NCBI RefSeq assembly: GCF_006345805.1 | Contig: NC_043021.1 | Span: 1-64,000, forward strand | Length of the DNA stretch: 64,000 nucleotides | DNA from: Octopus sinensis | Taxonomy: Eukaryota | Direction of reading: 5' to 3' | Shown here: piece after piece, positions 12,931 through 25,943 of the stretch | How positions within the stretch are numbered: position 1 is the stretch's first letter | Layout of the letters: every line of letters begins with the position of its first letter | Program-made: the position numbers and the translations under genes | Notes under the pieces: model-generated | What the model saw: only the letters and a program-made list of their open reading frames with translations | The model's database searches: none | Told to the model about the DNA's origin: nothing

Positions 12931-13604
12931 TCTGTCACTTCATTCATCCACAAATATAGCCTGATATCTAAAATCTTACTATCAGGCTGTGGAATTCCAT
13001 GAAATGGGAACCGCTTCACCCGGTCAAATACTCTGTCCTCCTTATTGCTGAGTGCACCACTCTCATTACCAGGCAATTCTTCAATCGCCAAAAGCGACGA
13101 CTGAAACACCGCCACGGTGCATGGCTCCCCTATCAACCACAATGATACACATCATTGCTTGACAGACATCAACACTCCGCACACGCATGTCGCTCCTCAG
13201 CCGTGCCCACCACTACACTCATATCCTGCACTACACTTAGTCCTTCCTCACGAAACAAATAGATAAATATAATACAATTGTTGTACAACAAATGGCATGA
13301 TTCTATTTGCCTACATACATATTTATGTGTAAATATATATAACAAAAACTAAGAATGGGGAGGATTCCACCAAATAATATCAAGCATCGTTTCTGTTGTG
13401 TCAACAGGTTTAGACACAGAAAACATCAAATCAAATTAATGTATCCGAAAACACAGGTTAACTTGTCAAACCTGAGGAATTAGCTTCGATGTTAATTCTA
13501 CTTGCATTCATTGTTATCTCATTGTTGGATATAGTTTACAGTGCATCATTGATATCGGCCAGGATTTTAAAATCCATTCTAATTCTGATATACATGCATA
13601 CATA

Positions 13605-13673
<69 letters not shown>

Positions 13674-13740
13674 ACATACACACACACATATATATATATA
13701 GTTGAAATCACCAGAAAAACAAAAGACGAAGACAGGTGTA

Positions 13741-13811
13741 TTATTTCGACGTTCGGATAAAATGAAAAAGTTTTTTTACGTTTCGAGCCGACGCTCTTCA
13801 ATAGAAAATAA
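13741..13811 (-). ncRNA. Degenerate type I hammerhead-ribozyme-like fold, probably in a Penelope-like repeat remnant
   Basis: Minus strand: UUAUUUU-CUAUUGA-A-GAGC(GUCG)GCUC-GAAA-CGU(loop)ACG-UC-GAAAUAA. Stems I (7 bp), II (4 bp) and III (4 bp) and a GUC triplet are present; the core differs from CUGANGA at G5 and A6. Confidence 0.55.
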
Positions 13812-14328
13812 GAGAAAATAAACAGAGAGAGAATAAAAAACTTGTGGATTTAGCGATCAAGCATGGTGACTATATATATATTTATATATACACACACACA
13901 CACGTATGTGTGTGTGTGTATACAACTTAATATGAATGTGTTGTTTAAGCGCCATAAACTGCAGTAGTAATCGTTCAAAGAAATCCTCTCCCGCCGATGC
14001 ATGGTGCTAAGGAGCACGATTACATCGGCAGACGAAATGCTGTCTGCACCGGCAGATGGAGCTGTTGTGTTACGTGATTTCAGCTTGAACTTCACCTGTC
14101 GATATAATCTCTACCGTTTAGTATCGTGCGTCGATTCGAGTTAATTTCTCAAGACGGTCACCGCAGTTTATGGCGTTGAAACAATGCCTTGAATCCTAAA
14201 ACTGAAACTAATAAGGTGAATAAAATACATTTCAGAGGTTAAAAAGACAGCAACATGTTATAATGATAATTAGAACAATCATTCATAAAGCACCAACATC
14301 TAGAACAACAACAACAACAACAACAGCA

Positions 14329-14389
<61 letters not shown>

Positions 14390-14769
14390 CAAGAATTACT
14401 TCTAACAACAATAACAACAGCAATATTTCGTAATAATGTCGGGGTTGAAATTATTGAGGTTTTATTTTAAGCACGAAATACTGAATTGTGAGAGGGAGGC
14501 TTTGCTGCGATTTTACTGTTATTTCTAGCGAAGTTAGTGACCATATATTGAACACTTCAACTCCAGTTTGAGTTGATCAAGGTCAGTTAAGGAGAGCGCA
14601 CACATTGAGGTCATTTGAGAAGAGATCATTTGAGATGAGGTCAGTTGAGGAGAGGTCATACAGAGAGGTCAGTTGAGGACAGTTTGTACAGTGAAGTCGG
14701 TTGGTGGTCAAAAAAAGAATGGCAGACAGGAGTAAAGTCGTAAAGTTGCAAAACTGACCTCAATAAAGA

Positions 14770-14855
14770 AAGGCAGGATCGAACCTCAGTTATGACTTCG
14801 CAACGGAGCACGGTTACCCTATTTCTCAGAACACCAGATAACGCTATATTATACA

Positions 14856-14917
<62 letters not shown>

Positions 14918-15800
14918 CAAATTATAAAAATGTACGATGGCGGTACAACTATGAAACACATTTGTGACAAATTTCCACTTAATTCGTCACGTGCCTGTAC
15001 AATTCTCAAAGAAAAACAAAAAAAAAAACACATTTATCCCAAGTTAGAAATACACAGCCTTTGTTATTAACCTGGGTTCGTAAAAAAGATGCTGGAAGCT
15101 TTATTCCGGAAGCATTATTCCGAATTGGAAAATCTTTGAAATGCATGGATAACTGTCAAAACACAACGCATGCATATGAATGTAAATGAAGCATCGATTC
15201 GAAGCAAAGCAATGTCGCTTTTCGGTAGGCTTAAAGAAATGGAAGGTGACACAAATAAAATTTTTGTTGCAAAGAGAGGATGGGTTGATCGCTTTAAAAT
15301 CGATTTGGGTGGCATTCCGTCAAAGTGCAAGCGTCAAGCGCTGATGTCGATGCAGCAGAAAAATTTCCAGAGATATTGGCAGACATAATTGAAGAAGGAG
15401 ATTCCATGTCACAACTGATTTTTAATAGCGATGAAACAAGACTTTTCTGCAAACGAATGCCTTCCAGATGCTATATTTGTAAGGAAGAATCTGCACTGCC
15501 TGGTTTTTAAGTTGCCAAAGATCGACTGACGTTATTATTTAGATGTGTGCTCGAGTCTAGTGCGAGTGAAAGGGATTCAGAAAACGATTATATCATTTTT
15601 TTTATTATAAATGATCTTGACATTCTTTTTACTTTCCATAAGATATTCTTTACATTTTATTCTTGTTTTATTGCCATTTATTTGAGTTTTATCAAATTTA
15701 TAGGTGAAATGTTTTTCTGGGAACGAATTACGATTCCTAATTATCGCTCTACTTTACGAGCTTTTGTTGGCCAAAATCATAACGTTATCGAAAGAGATAT
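14770..15800 (+). mobile_element. Degenerate pogo/Tigger (CENP-B-like) DNA transposon
   Basis: Fragments QIIKMYDGG...CTILKEK (HTH), IRSKAMSLF...FVAKRGWVDRFK (CENP-B HTH) and IFNSDETRLFCKRMPSRCYICKEESALPGF*VAKDRLTLLF (DDE start). Several frameshifts; boundaries approximate. Confidence 0.85.
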
Positions 15801-16493
15801 TTAATGGTTTAATATTTCGGGCAAAATACACCTTATCAAAGCTTTTAAAGGGGACACGAGAGAGAGAAAGAGAGAGAGAGAGAATATCTCGTTGTGCCCA
15901 GCATGCCGGGCCTGCATAATTTATGTTGACAATAACTTCGAGCTGTGTCACCTCCCACCCTTTCTCACCCTTTTCCGGTCACTGCTTTCTCCCTCTTGCT
16001 TCTATTTCTAAAACTCCAATCTTTTCTAAATTATCTCTTATTCTGGAATTACCAGCTGTTTACCACCTTAAGAATCTCGAAACTAGAATTGTATACTCAT
16101 CTTCAAGAACACCAAATTCTTCAAACACAACAAAATCATCCTTCACTTCACTCTTTTGCTCATTTTTTCCATGTATTCATCGATAACCATTGGCAGTTCT
16201 TGAACAATCTTTTTTCTCCACCTAACGGAGTAAGATGGGCGCCAATAAACAATGTTGGTAGTTTCTACTTTCCAAACACAACAATTTCATGTGCTACGGG
16301 ATTAAAGCTTGTGAATTATGAACCCCAGTTATAAATCCAGCATGAAAGTCATATGGAGACGGTTGTTTTCAGTGCTTCGTCCAACATTCAACACTATCTC
16401 CATTATTTTCTTGGTGAAGAAACTGTCTCTAGAAAGAATGGTAAATTCTAGAGGCACAGAAATTACCAATGTTTTCCACGCTATCAGTTTATA

Positions 16494-16728
16494 CCTATTT
16501 CTTTACTACCCGCAAGACGCTAAACACAGAGAGGACAAACAAGAACAGACAAACGGATTAAGTCGATTATATCGACCTCAGTGGGTAACTGGTACTTATT
16601 TAATCGACCCCGAAAGGATGAAAGGCGAAGCCGACCTCGGTGGAATTTGAACTCAGAACGTAACCGCAGACGAAATACCGCTATAAGTATTTCGCCCGAC
16701 ATGCTAACGTTTCTACCAGCTCGCCGCC
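16494..16728 (-). mobile_element. tRNA-derived SINE (family C, near complete)
   Basis: GGCGGCGAGCTGGTAGAAACGTTAGC head, GTTCTGAGTTCAAATTCC B-box-like motif, body GCCTTTCATCCTTTCGGGGTCGATT. Confidence 0.85.
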
Positions 16729-18099
16729 TTGTTTATCAGTTTATACCTTTTAACAGTGACCTTCACGTCATGAGAACGTCAGCATCTGGTCCCAGGGTGA
16801 ATGTATTTTACAGAAGCTATTTAGTCCAAATCTGAAAATAACATACTCCCCACCCCCACCCAGTTTACGTCAGACGACATATAAAGTGTCATTGTACCGC
16901 CGTTCCACTTGTGACCAACCTGTCAAATAAATGAATCAATAAATAAATAAATGAGCTGCTTTTGGGTGTTTGGTAAATGACTGTCTGGCACAGAGTGTGA
17001 CGATGAGGGATGCTGGTGAATGAAGGCGGATGTGCAGCAAATAAGTGCAACAACAACAACATACGAACATGAAGTGGCATTCCGACAAATGACTCGACAC
17101 GATCTACAGGCAGAAGACATGCGCAGACTGACCTTAAAGTTTATCAGTTGTTTCTTTGATCTTTTAACGGTGTGGGAAGAAAAAGGGAACGGTAAGTTAA
17201 GAAAAGTCAGAAAGGAAACAGGGCAGCTGATAAAAAAAAAGACATAGAAAGATGTTTGTATGGATGAAAATAATAAATAAACTTGTAAAATATATATCAG
17301 AAACAATAGTGATTACGTAGGAAGATTTTCTTTTACTATTCATAGGAACTGCCGGAATAAAAATGTTAGTGGCTGCAGCTACAGACTGCTCCGTGCTTTA
17401 TGTAATATTATTACGCAAAACACTCGTCAAACATTTATTTTTTTGTCGACATTAACAAATCTATTCCATCTGTTGATTTTATTACAAACACACGTACATA
17501 TGTTCAGAGAGAGAGAGGAGGTGTAGAGAGAGTGAGAGAGGGGAGAGAGAAAGAAATAAGGTAAGAGAAAGAGAGAAATCGAACTGCATGGATTCTCATC
17601 TGTGATTTCTTCAGAATCAGGCCCTGACAAATCCAGTTCCAGGTATGAACATAATATTCTTTACCACAGCAATGGGGGTTCTTGTCACAGTGCCTGAAGA
17701 TATTTAACTGAGCAAAAAGGAAAAGAATTTCGAAGGAAATTTCCAAAATGATTATCCATGAGCCTGACACCCTTTTGTCAAGCATAACATCCTCTTCATA
17801 TATCGGGACTCTTTAACGGATCACCTTAAACTCCATGGAGAGGATCCTTGCATATCGGGGGACAGGGTAAGATCGGGTCATAATTATGTCCCTCAACAAT
17901 TATGGTGGTATGGCCAAATGGGTTTAATACCACCAAACCAAATAACCAATTGATGTTTTATACCTTGTTAACATCATGAGTTGAATATCTGGAACGCAAC
18001 ATTAAAACCTCAACGGCCCCAGTTCGTGTGGCTGGAAATAGTTACCATAAGTTAGGAACAGTTCTGGAATAACTCTAAATAATCAACCCTGCAATAAAC

Positions 18100-18408
18100 T
18101 GGCCACCCCGTCGGTTACGACGACGAGGGCTCCAGTTGATCCGATCAACGGAACAGCCGGCTCGTGAAACTGACATGCAAGTGGCTGAGTACTCCATAGA
18201 CAGGTGTACTGTTAACCTAGTTCTCAGGTTAACAGAGTGTGACATGGCTGGTCCTTTGAATTACAGGTACAACTCATTTTACCTGCTGAGTGAACTGTGG
18301 CAACTTGAAATAAAGTATCCTGCTCAAGGACACAACGTACTGCCTGGAATTGAACTCACAACCATACGATCGTGAACCGAATACTCTAACCGCTAAGCCA
18401 CGCGCCTT
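18100..18408 (-). mobile_element. tRNA-derived SINE (family A)
   Basis: Reverse-complement homologue of 58200-58520 (GCGCGTGGCTTAGCGGTTAG...GAGTTCAATTCC...GTCGTCGTAACCGACGG). Confidence 0.85.
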
Positions 18409-18439
18409 CAGTCACCCTGTAGTAATGTACAAGGTAATG

Positions 18440-18730
18440 ATAGACAACAGTAAAGGGTCCAGGGAGTTGCTGATGCAGAGAGGCTGGACAGAAATAGCTG
18501 AGATCTGTACATGTGGAGCACAGCTGAGAAATCCGATTCCTGCAAGAGCGAGGCCGAGCTGGCGGCCAACATCGAGGAGATGTTCGGAGATCTTTCCAGA
18601 GACACGGTGAGGAACATTCCAGACTCTTGTGAAATGAAAGAAAAACATGACTTCTATTCATGGAAAAGAAGTGGTGAACTTAGTGAAAACCGATGTTTTA
18701 AGTTTTAAGGGGACACCAAACTGACCTTAT
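18440..18730 (+). mobile_element. 3' fragment of a mariner-type transposase, same family as 19685-20862 in opposite orientation
   Basis: WSTAEKSDSCKSEAELAANIEEMFGDLSRDTVRN matches the reverse complement of 19800-19930. Confidence 0.7.
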
Positions 18731-18849
18731 AGTTACGGATTTCTTTCTCCAGTTCTTGAATCCTACTTTCTTGCATTCTCGACAGTTCGACATAATAGTC
18801 AACATTTTCTTGGTAGACATGCTGCAATTCGGACTGCAAACAAACAAAC

Positions 18850-18868
18850 ATACAAACAAATAATAACA

Positions 18869-18923
<55 letters not shown>

Positions 18924-18925
18924 TG

Positions 18926-18968
<43 letters not shown>

Positions 18969-19052
18969 TGATGATGATGATGATGATGATGATAATAATA
19001 ATAATATAATAATAATAATAATAATATAATAATAATAATAATAATGATGATG

Positions 19053-19113
<61 letters not shown>

Positions 19114-19115
19114 TG

Positions 19116-19158
<43 letters not shown>

Positions 19159-19229
19159 ATAATAATATGATAATAATAATAATAATAATAAAATAATAAT
19201 AATAATGATGATAATAATAATAATAATAA

Positions 19230-19273
<44 letters not shown>

Positions 19274-19339
19274 TAATAATAATAATAATAATAATGATAA
19301 TAATAATAATAATAATAATAATATAATAATAATAATAAC

Positions 19340-19378
<39 letters not shown>

Positions 19379-19395
19379 AATTATGATGATGATGA
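18850..19395. repeat. (TAA)/(TGA) microsatellite
   Basis: Direct reading. Confidence 0.95.
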
Positions 19396-19684
19396 TAAAA
19401 GATTTTTAGCAATTTCTACCAAACCAATTCTTTAGTAGTACCCAAACATAGTTATAGATAGATAGAAAGATAGATAGGTAGAGAGAGAGAGAGAGAGAGA
19501 GAGAGATTCACACACATGTATATATGTATGTATGTATATATATATGTATATATGTATGTATATACACATATGTATATGTACACACACATATATATATATG
19601 TATATATGCATGTATATATATATATATATACATATATATGCTATGTATGTATGATTGTATGTATATATGTATGTATATGTATAT

Positions 19685-20857
19685 AGTGTGTGTTCAGTGA
19701 AAATTTAACTGTTTGCATAGAAGGAAAAGAAAATACAATATCTGATCCCAAAATTAATGTATTTTTTTAAAAATACGTTCCACTGTGGCTTCAGAACGGT
19801 TCCCAGAACCTGGCGTTCCTCACTGTGTATCTGGAAAGATCTTCGAACATCTCCTTGATGTTGGCCACCAGCTCGGCCTCGCTATTGCAAGAGCTGGCTT
19901 TCTCAACTGTGCTCCACACACAGTGATCTATAAGTCTAGAATCGGAGTAAATTGAGGCTGGTGAATGTGTAGAAATTCCCTGACAACCACTTCTGACTCT
20001 TTCCGGAAATAGGGCAAGATATCAATTCCTGCTGCCACACATATGGCTTTCCATCAGCATCCCTCTACATCTTGGGTTTCACCACAGTTTCCAGCAGCAG
20101 CTTCACATGGCCGTCTGAATTGATCGTAAGACTGTTCAAGTATGCTGGGCGGTATGACGTCACCCTCACAGGAGACGAATCCAATGACCATCAGAGTTTG
20201 GCCGAATCTGGTTTTCTTGACATGTGGGACATCACATGGATTGTTGGCAACCACCTGCCTTTTGTGGGGTTGTACAATTGGTCCTGCCAAATGTTCTTTT
20301 TATTTGGGAACAACCAAATAAGCCCTGGCTTAACAGGATGTCTCAGCTTGTCCAGAAGTTCCTTTGCAGTATTCCTTGGCCTTGGCGATCCTGAGCTTGT
20401 CCCTTGCACCTAGTGAAAGTTCTCATTCAGTGTCAGCTTCATATTCGTGACTACAAATCCCATCTCTCTCGCTACAGCTCCGATTCTCTTGCCCCGATTT
20501 CCCATCACCAGTTTCTGGATGAATTGCAGCGTACAGATGCAGTCAAAACGCCTGATGTGGCCCTTGTTGCTAGCCACAGCTTCGTAGCCTTCGTTGTCGC
20601 AGTCCATGTCACGTTTTCCAGCATTTACAGCATTCAGAGAGCATTTAGCAGCGGTCATGAGGCGGGCATTTTGAAACCCGGCGAGAATCATCATCATGCA
20701 AGTAAAACTTTGCCAATATTCAAACGGATTTCCGCCATTCATGTCAGCTAACTTTTTCTAAACTACAACCTTAAATTTTATGCTCACCCACGATGTTGTT
20801 GTTCACCTTACGCTGTTCCTGAAAAAAGGAAGGCATTATCAAATTTAGCTCAAATAC

Positions 20858-20862
<5 letters not shown>
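19685..20862 (-). mobile_element. Degenerate Tc1/mariner-superfamily transposon
   Basis: Broken frames LIWLFPNKKNIWQDQLYN, VPHVKKTRFGQTLMVIGFVSCEGDVIPP, KPYVWQQ and VWSTVEK; imperfect ~24-bp TIRs (AGTGTGTGTTCAGTGAAAATTT vs reverse complement of AAATTTAGCTCAAATACACT) set in TA context. Confidence 0.85.
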
Positions 20863-20915
<53 letters not shown>

Positions 20916-20954
20916 TGTATGTATGTATGTATGTATGTATGTATGTATGTATGT

Positions 20955-21285
20955 ATAAAGGAATTCAGATAATAGGACAAGAACGCAAAACATCCAGACT
21001 GCTGGATGATACAAAAAAGGGACAAGAAAAAACACGGACGAGTCATTCAAAGTTTTCTTTCCTCAGTCGAGTTCCAGATTATCTTTGCAATTTCGGCTGG
21101 TTATAATCGAGATTGCTCCAATCTGGTCACCCCCAAGGAAAAACTAAGCTAAGAGTACTAGATTCCCTGGAAGAAAGCAGTGAATGTATACAAAACAAGG
21201 ACGGAAAAAAGCGGAGAAATGGCCCACAAATACAAATGCAAATAACAGGACATAACAAGTGTCTTTCGACTATGGACGAATTAAA
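20955..21285 (+). repeat. Single-arm relative of the palindromic repeat at 1366-2068
   Basis: Shares colinear blocks GGACAAGAACG, AATTTCGGCTG, AAAAACTAAGCT, TAGATT..CTGGAAGAA and ACAAGTGTCTT.CGACT with the left arm. Confidence 0.7.
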
Positions 21286-21521
21286 TTAAGCTGCCGTGTG
21301 TGGGAGTGAAGCCTTACGACAGGGAATACTAGGTATACATATACATATATAGATACATATATACATATATATATATGTGTGTGTAAGAAAAAATAAGTTC
21401 AAGTAGAACAAATCAAACTTTTGGGGGCGGGGCGGGGGCCAAAAAGATATATTTCAAATAAATATTCTTAATATCAAAATAATAGCTTGCTATAGTAAGC
21501 ATTGAGAATATGAAAATACAA

Positions 21522-21699
21522 GTAAAAAGTTTGTTATAGGCATGTATAAGATACAATCTTACATAAAACACTACGAACAGTTAGAAAAATATATTTGCCA
21601 TAATTGAAAATCGGTTCGCCGGAACCCGACTTGCTGAAACTGTCATTTTGAGAGAGACCTTCACTTCAGAATAATTTTTCTTCCGTTTTGCTGTATTTA

Positions 21700-21776
<77 letters not shown>

Positions 21777-21855
21777 ATCTTCTCCGTTTTTTCTAACCGT
21801 TAGTAGTGTTTTATATAAGATTTTATCTTATACATGCCCATAACAAACTTTTTAC
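21522..21855. mobile_element. Foldback/MITE-like element with ~68-bp TIRs and an internal (TCTA)n
   Basis: GTAAAAAGTTTGTTATAGGCATGTATAAGATACAATCTTACATAAAACACTACGAACAGTTAGAAAAA (21522-21589) is mirrored at 21787-21855. Confidence 0.8.
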
Positions 21856-21901
21856 ATATATACATATATATATGTATGTATGTATACATATGTATATATG
21901 T

Positions 21902-21967
<66 letters not shown>

Positions 21968-22285
21968 ACATATGTATATTTCACCGTTCACTGCGTCCAA
22001 GCATTCGATTGCAGCTCGCTTAATCGACGAGTTACTCAGTCACTAAGTATAGAAAACGTCTGTGATGTCTACGTACATCTGATTCCCCCCCTCTCTCTCT
22101 CTCTGGCATTTTCTCTCTCTTTCTCTTTCTCTCACTCTCTGTCTCTCTTTCACTTTCTATATATATATATATTTGCCATAATTGAAGTCGGTTCGCCGGA
22201 ACCCGACTTGCTGAAACTGTCATTCTGAAAGAGACCTTCACTTCAGAGTACTTTTTCTTCCGTTTTGCTAACATTAACTGCTGTA

Positions 22286-22350
<65 letters not shown>

Positions 22351-23304
22351 GTCTATGTATCTATGTGTCTATCTATCTGTCTGTCATATAATATATATGT
22401 ATGTATATATATAAATATAAATATGTATGAACGTGCATACGTACATGTACATACGTATAGAAACACTTTTATACATGTATTAAGATATATACATACACAC
22501 ACACATATATATGCATACATACACATATACATATGTCAATAGATATAGATATGTGTATATATGTTGACATTTCTAATTAAATTTGTAAATGGACGAGGAA
22601 GGGTTAATGTCAGTGACCTTTTCTTGAGACTCTCAGACAGGGTGGGCTGATGTAGATGGAGTTTGAAATATTTTCATTCACTTTCTAAAATATAACTGAG
22701 ACGTTTCGAATGTCCCAGCTGGAGCATTTCAAACTAGTGAAATCCATTGTTCGGGAGGTTCCACAATGTCTGTAATTCTTCACGTCTTTGCTATATAAAT
22801 CTAAATATTATCGATTTCTTTCCCAGACTCAGTGTCGCCCTTGTAATAGATTGGCCATAACCGATTAGATGGAACCAATTTTTAAGTGTTACTTTATATG
22901 TTAACATTAACTTAACTCGTTGTCTGATTAGCAGCCAGTCTAACCACGTGTTTATCTCTCTCTCTATCTCCGTTATTATATATTTATTTCGACTTAACTC
23001 TTATACGTTCCATCTATTAAAGATGTTAACACTTACCCCTTATCTCTCTCTCCCTATCGATCTCTCAATCTAGCTAACCTTATATTTATTGGATGTTAGC
23101 TTTTTAAAACTCCATGCATTAAATGTGTTAACACTATCTACTAATCGATTTATTTATAGATGCGTACGTACATCTATGTGTATATACATATACGTGTGTG
23201 GGCATGGATGTATATATGTATGTGTGTATATATATGTATTCATGATTATATATATATATATATAATATATATATATGTATATATTATATATATATATATA
23301 TATA

Positions 23305-23348
<44 letters not shown>

Positions 23349-23509
23349 ATATGTATATATGCATATATGCATATATTCATAGACATTCATACATATATTT
23401 TTACACACTTACACAGACAAAACATATATATACATACATATATATTTCAGTTTGTCAACGAAAGGGAAGTGCATCTTCACTGTAGAGTGTATTGATCACT
23501 TGATCATTA

Positions 23510-23558
<49 letters not shown>

Positions 23559-24066
23559 TGTATCGCGGATCCTTCCGCTAACGAAGATCGATAAAACACA
23601 TGATTCCATCTTACCAACTTGTCTTCGAGTATTTTCTGGACTTCTAATAACACTTGACCAGTCAGCTTCTTGCATTCGGTAAACTTTTCCTTCTCAAATT
23701 CAATATTGCCTTTGGCCGATGAAACTTTACCATCTGCTGTATATTGAGAGACGTTCTTCAAGGCAGCACCATTTTCTCCAGCAGGCCTCCCTGCGCCACC
23801 GCCATCGCCGCCGCTGCTAATTAGAAAGAAATAAAGACAATAAGAAAGAGCCAATGGGAAGCAGTAGAGCACACAAGTATATGCACACACACACACACAC
23901 TTTACTATATGATCGCCATGTGTTGTAAATGTGTGTGCGTATGTATGTATATATATATATATATATACGAGTATATTATGCATTTATATACATGTATAAA
24001 CATATGTGAGTGCGTGTAGGTATGTATACAGAATATATGTGTGAGTGTACATACGTGTGTGTGTGT

Positions 24067-24119
<53 letters not shown>

Positions 24120-24339
24120 ATGTGTGTGTAGAAACATAGATGAATGCATGTAGGTGTATATACGATATATAGTGTGAATGTACGCGTGCGCGCATGAAAA
24201 ATATTTTCTTAACAGAATATTTTTTTTTTCAAATCCATAATGGTATTTAATTAACTTTTTAGCAATTATAAAAATTATTACTCTTACTGTTTTAAATTAT
24301 TGATTTTAATTTTTTTCAAAATCCACCAATTTTGGGAGA

Positions 24340-24511
24340 GGGGTTAAGTCGATTATATCGACCCCAGTACTCAACTGGTATTTATTTTATCGACGGCGAA
24401 AGGATGAAAGGTAAAGTCGACCTCGGCAGCATTTGATCTCAGAACGTAAAGCTAGAAGAAATGCCGTTAAGCATTTTCCCGATGCGTTAACGAGTCTGCC
24501 AGCTCGCCGCC

Positions 24512-24512
<1 letters not shown>
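24340..24512 (-). mobile_element. tRNA-derived SINE (family C)
   Basis: Same head and body as 16494-16728. Confidence 0.8.
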
Positions 24513-24812
<300 letters not shown>

Positions 24813-25943
24813 GGCTCTGACAGTTCGGTGGCCGAAAGCCATAGAAACACTAATATGGGCCAGTTTAGCAACGGGGAAAAATAACTTCAAAGACTGGAAC
24901 ATCTACAATACCTCGTGAGTATTTGAAATTCTCTTCAAAGTGGGTTAAGAAATTTACAAATTTACATATCTGCAGCTTTCAAACATACATCCGATCGGCC
25001 TTAAAAACTTTAATACCCACAACTGCCTCTGTAAGCACCCTTTTTTTCTTCTCTCTAAAAATATCACGCTTTTCTTTTTTCCTTTTTGTAGACTTGCAAA
25101 ACCCTCAAACTTTCTATGAATATCTGACTTTTCTTTGCTTCCTCCCAGAATATTCAAATATAAATGTAAACATATACTTTTTATTGCAAAACACACCTGT
25201 TCCTCTAACTGGACATACAAACATCTCTAGAAAAGTCAGCTTCAACCTCCACAATATCACCTTACACGAAATATACAAACACTTTTTATTGCAATAACAC
25301 AAACGCACATGGAAAAAAAATGATGATGCTAAGATTCTCTCTGGTCGAACACAACTTCTCTATTCACAAACAATACAGGACACCCCTTCCTTAATTTTTC
25401 TTAAGGCTAATAGTAGTAAACATCTGAACTTTTTTTGACCCCACCCAAAAAAAAAAAAAAAAAAAAAAAGAGATAGTAATAGTGCTGATATTCTATCTAT
25501 CTATCTACACACACACACACACACACACAAACCTCACCTCGGCTCTATTGTTAACCAAATATGAAAGTATTATTTGACAGGCAACAACTCTGGCGTTGAA
25601 GACAGTCAGCCAGCCAACCACCAAGCCAGCCAACGAGACAGACAGACACTACTGTGATGGTGATAATGATAAAAAAACAAAAATAACAATAATAAGATAC
25701 TGCTGTGACTACACATAAAACAATATCATTGATGATGATGGTGGTGATGGTGATGGTGATGATGATAATGATGATGGTAATGGTGGCGATAATGATGATA
25801 GTGATGGTAATGGTGAAGATAATAACAATAATAAGCCGACTACGGCTGCTATAATGGTACGATTATAATTGTAACGGCAATGATGGCCGTCTCCCCACGA
25901 GCCAATCAAAGCTAAAAAATGATAACATTATCGTAGCACCAAA

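Noticed and set aside
14575-14680. CRISPR-like or other prokaryotic array interpretation of short repeats
   Set aside because: No constant repeat with unique equal-length spacers, and the sequence is clearly eukaryotic.
22695-22750. Minus-strand GAAACGTC motif with an upstream hairpin (a similar one is at 47060-47095)
   Set aside because: No recognisable CUGANGA core; at best heavily decayed remnants.
25835-25943. HDV-like ribozyme in the 5' UTR of the R4-type element
   Set aside because: Only simple hairpins can be drawn (GCCG-ACTA-CGGC; CTC-CCCAC-GAG). I could not build the P2 or P1.1 pairings.
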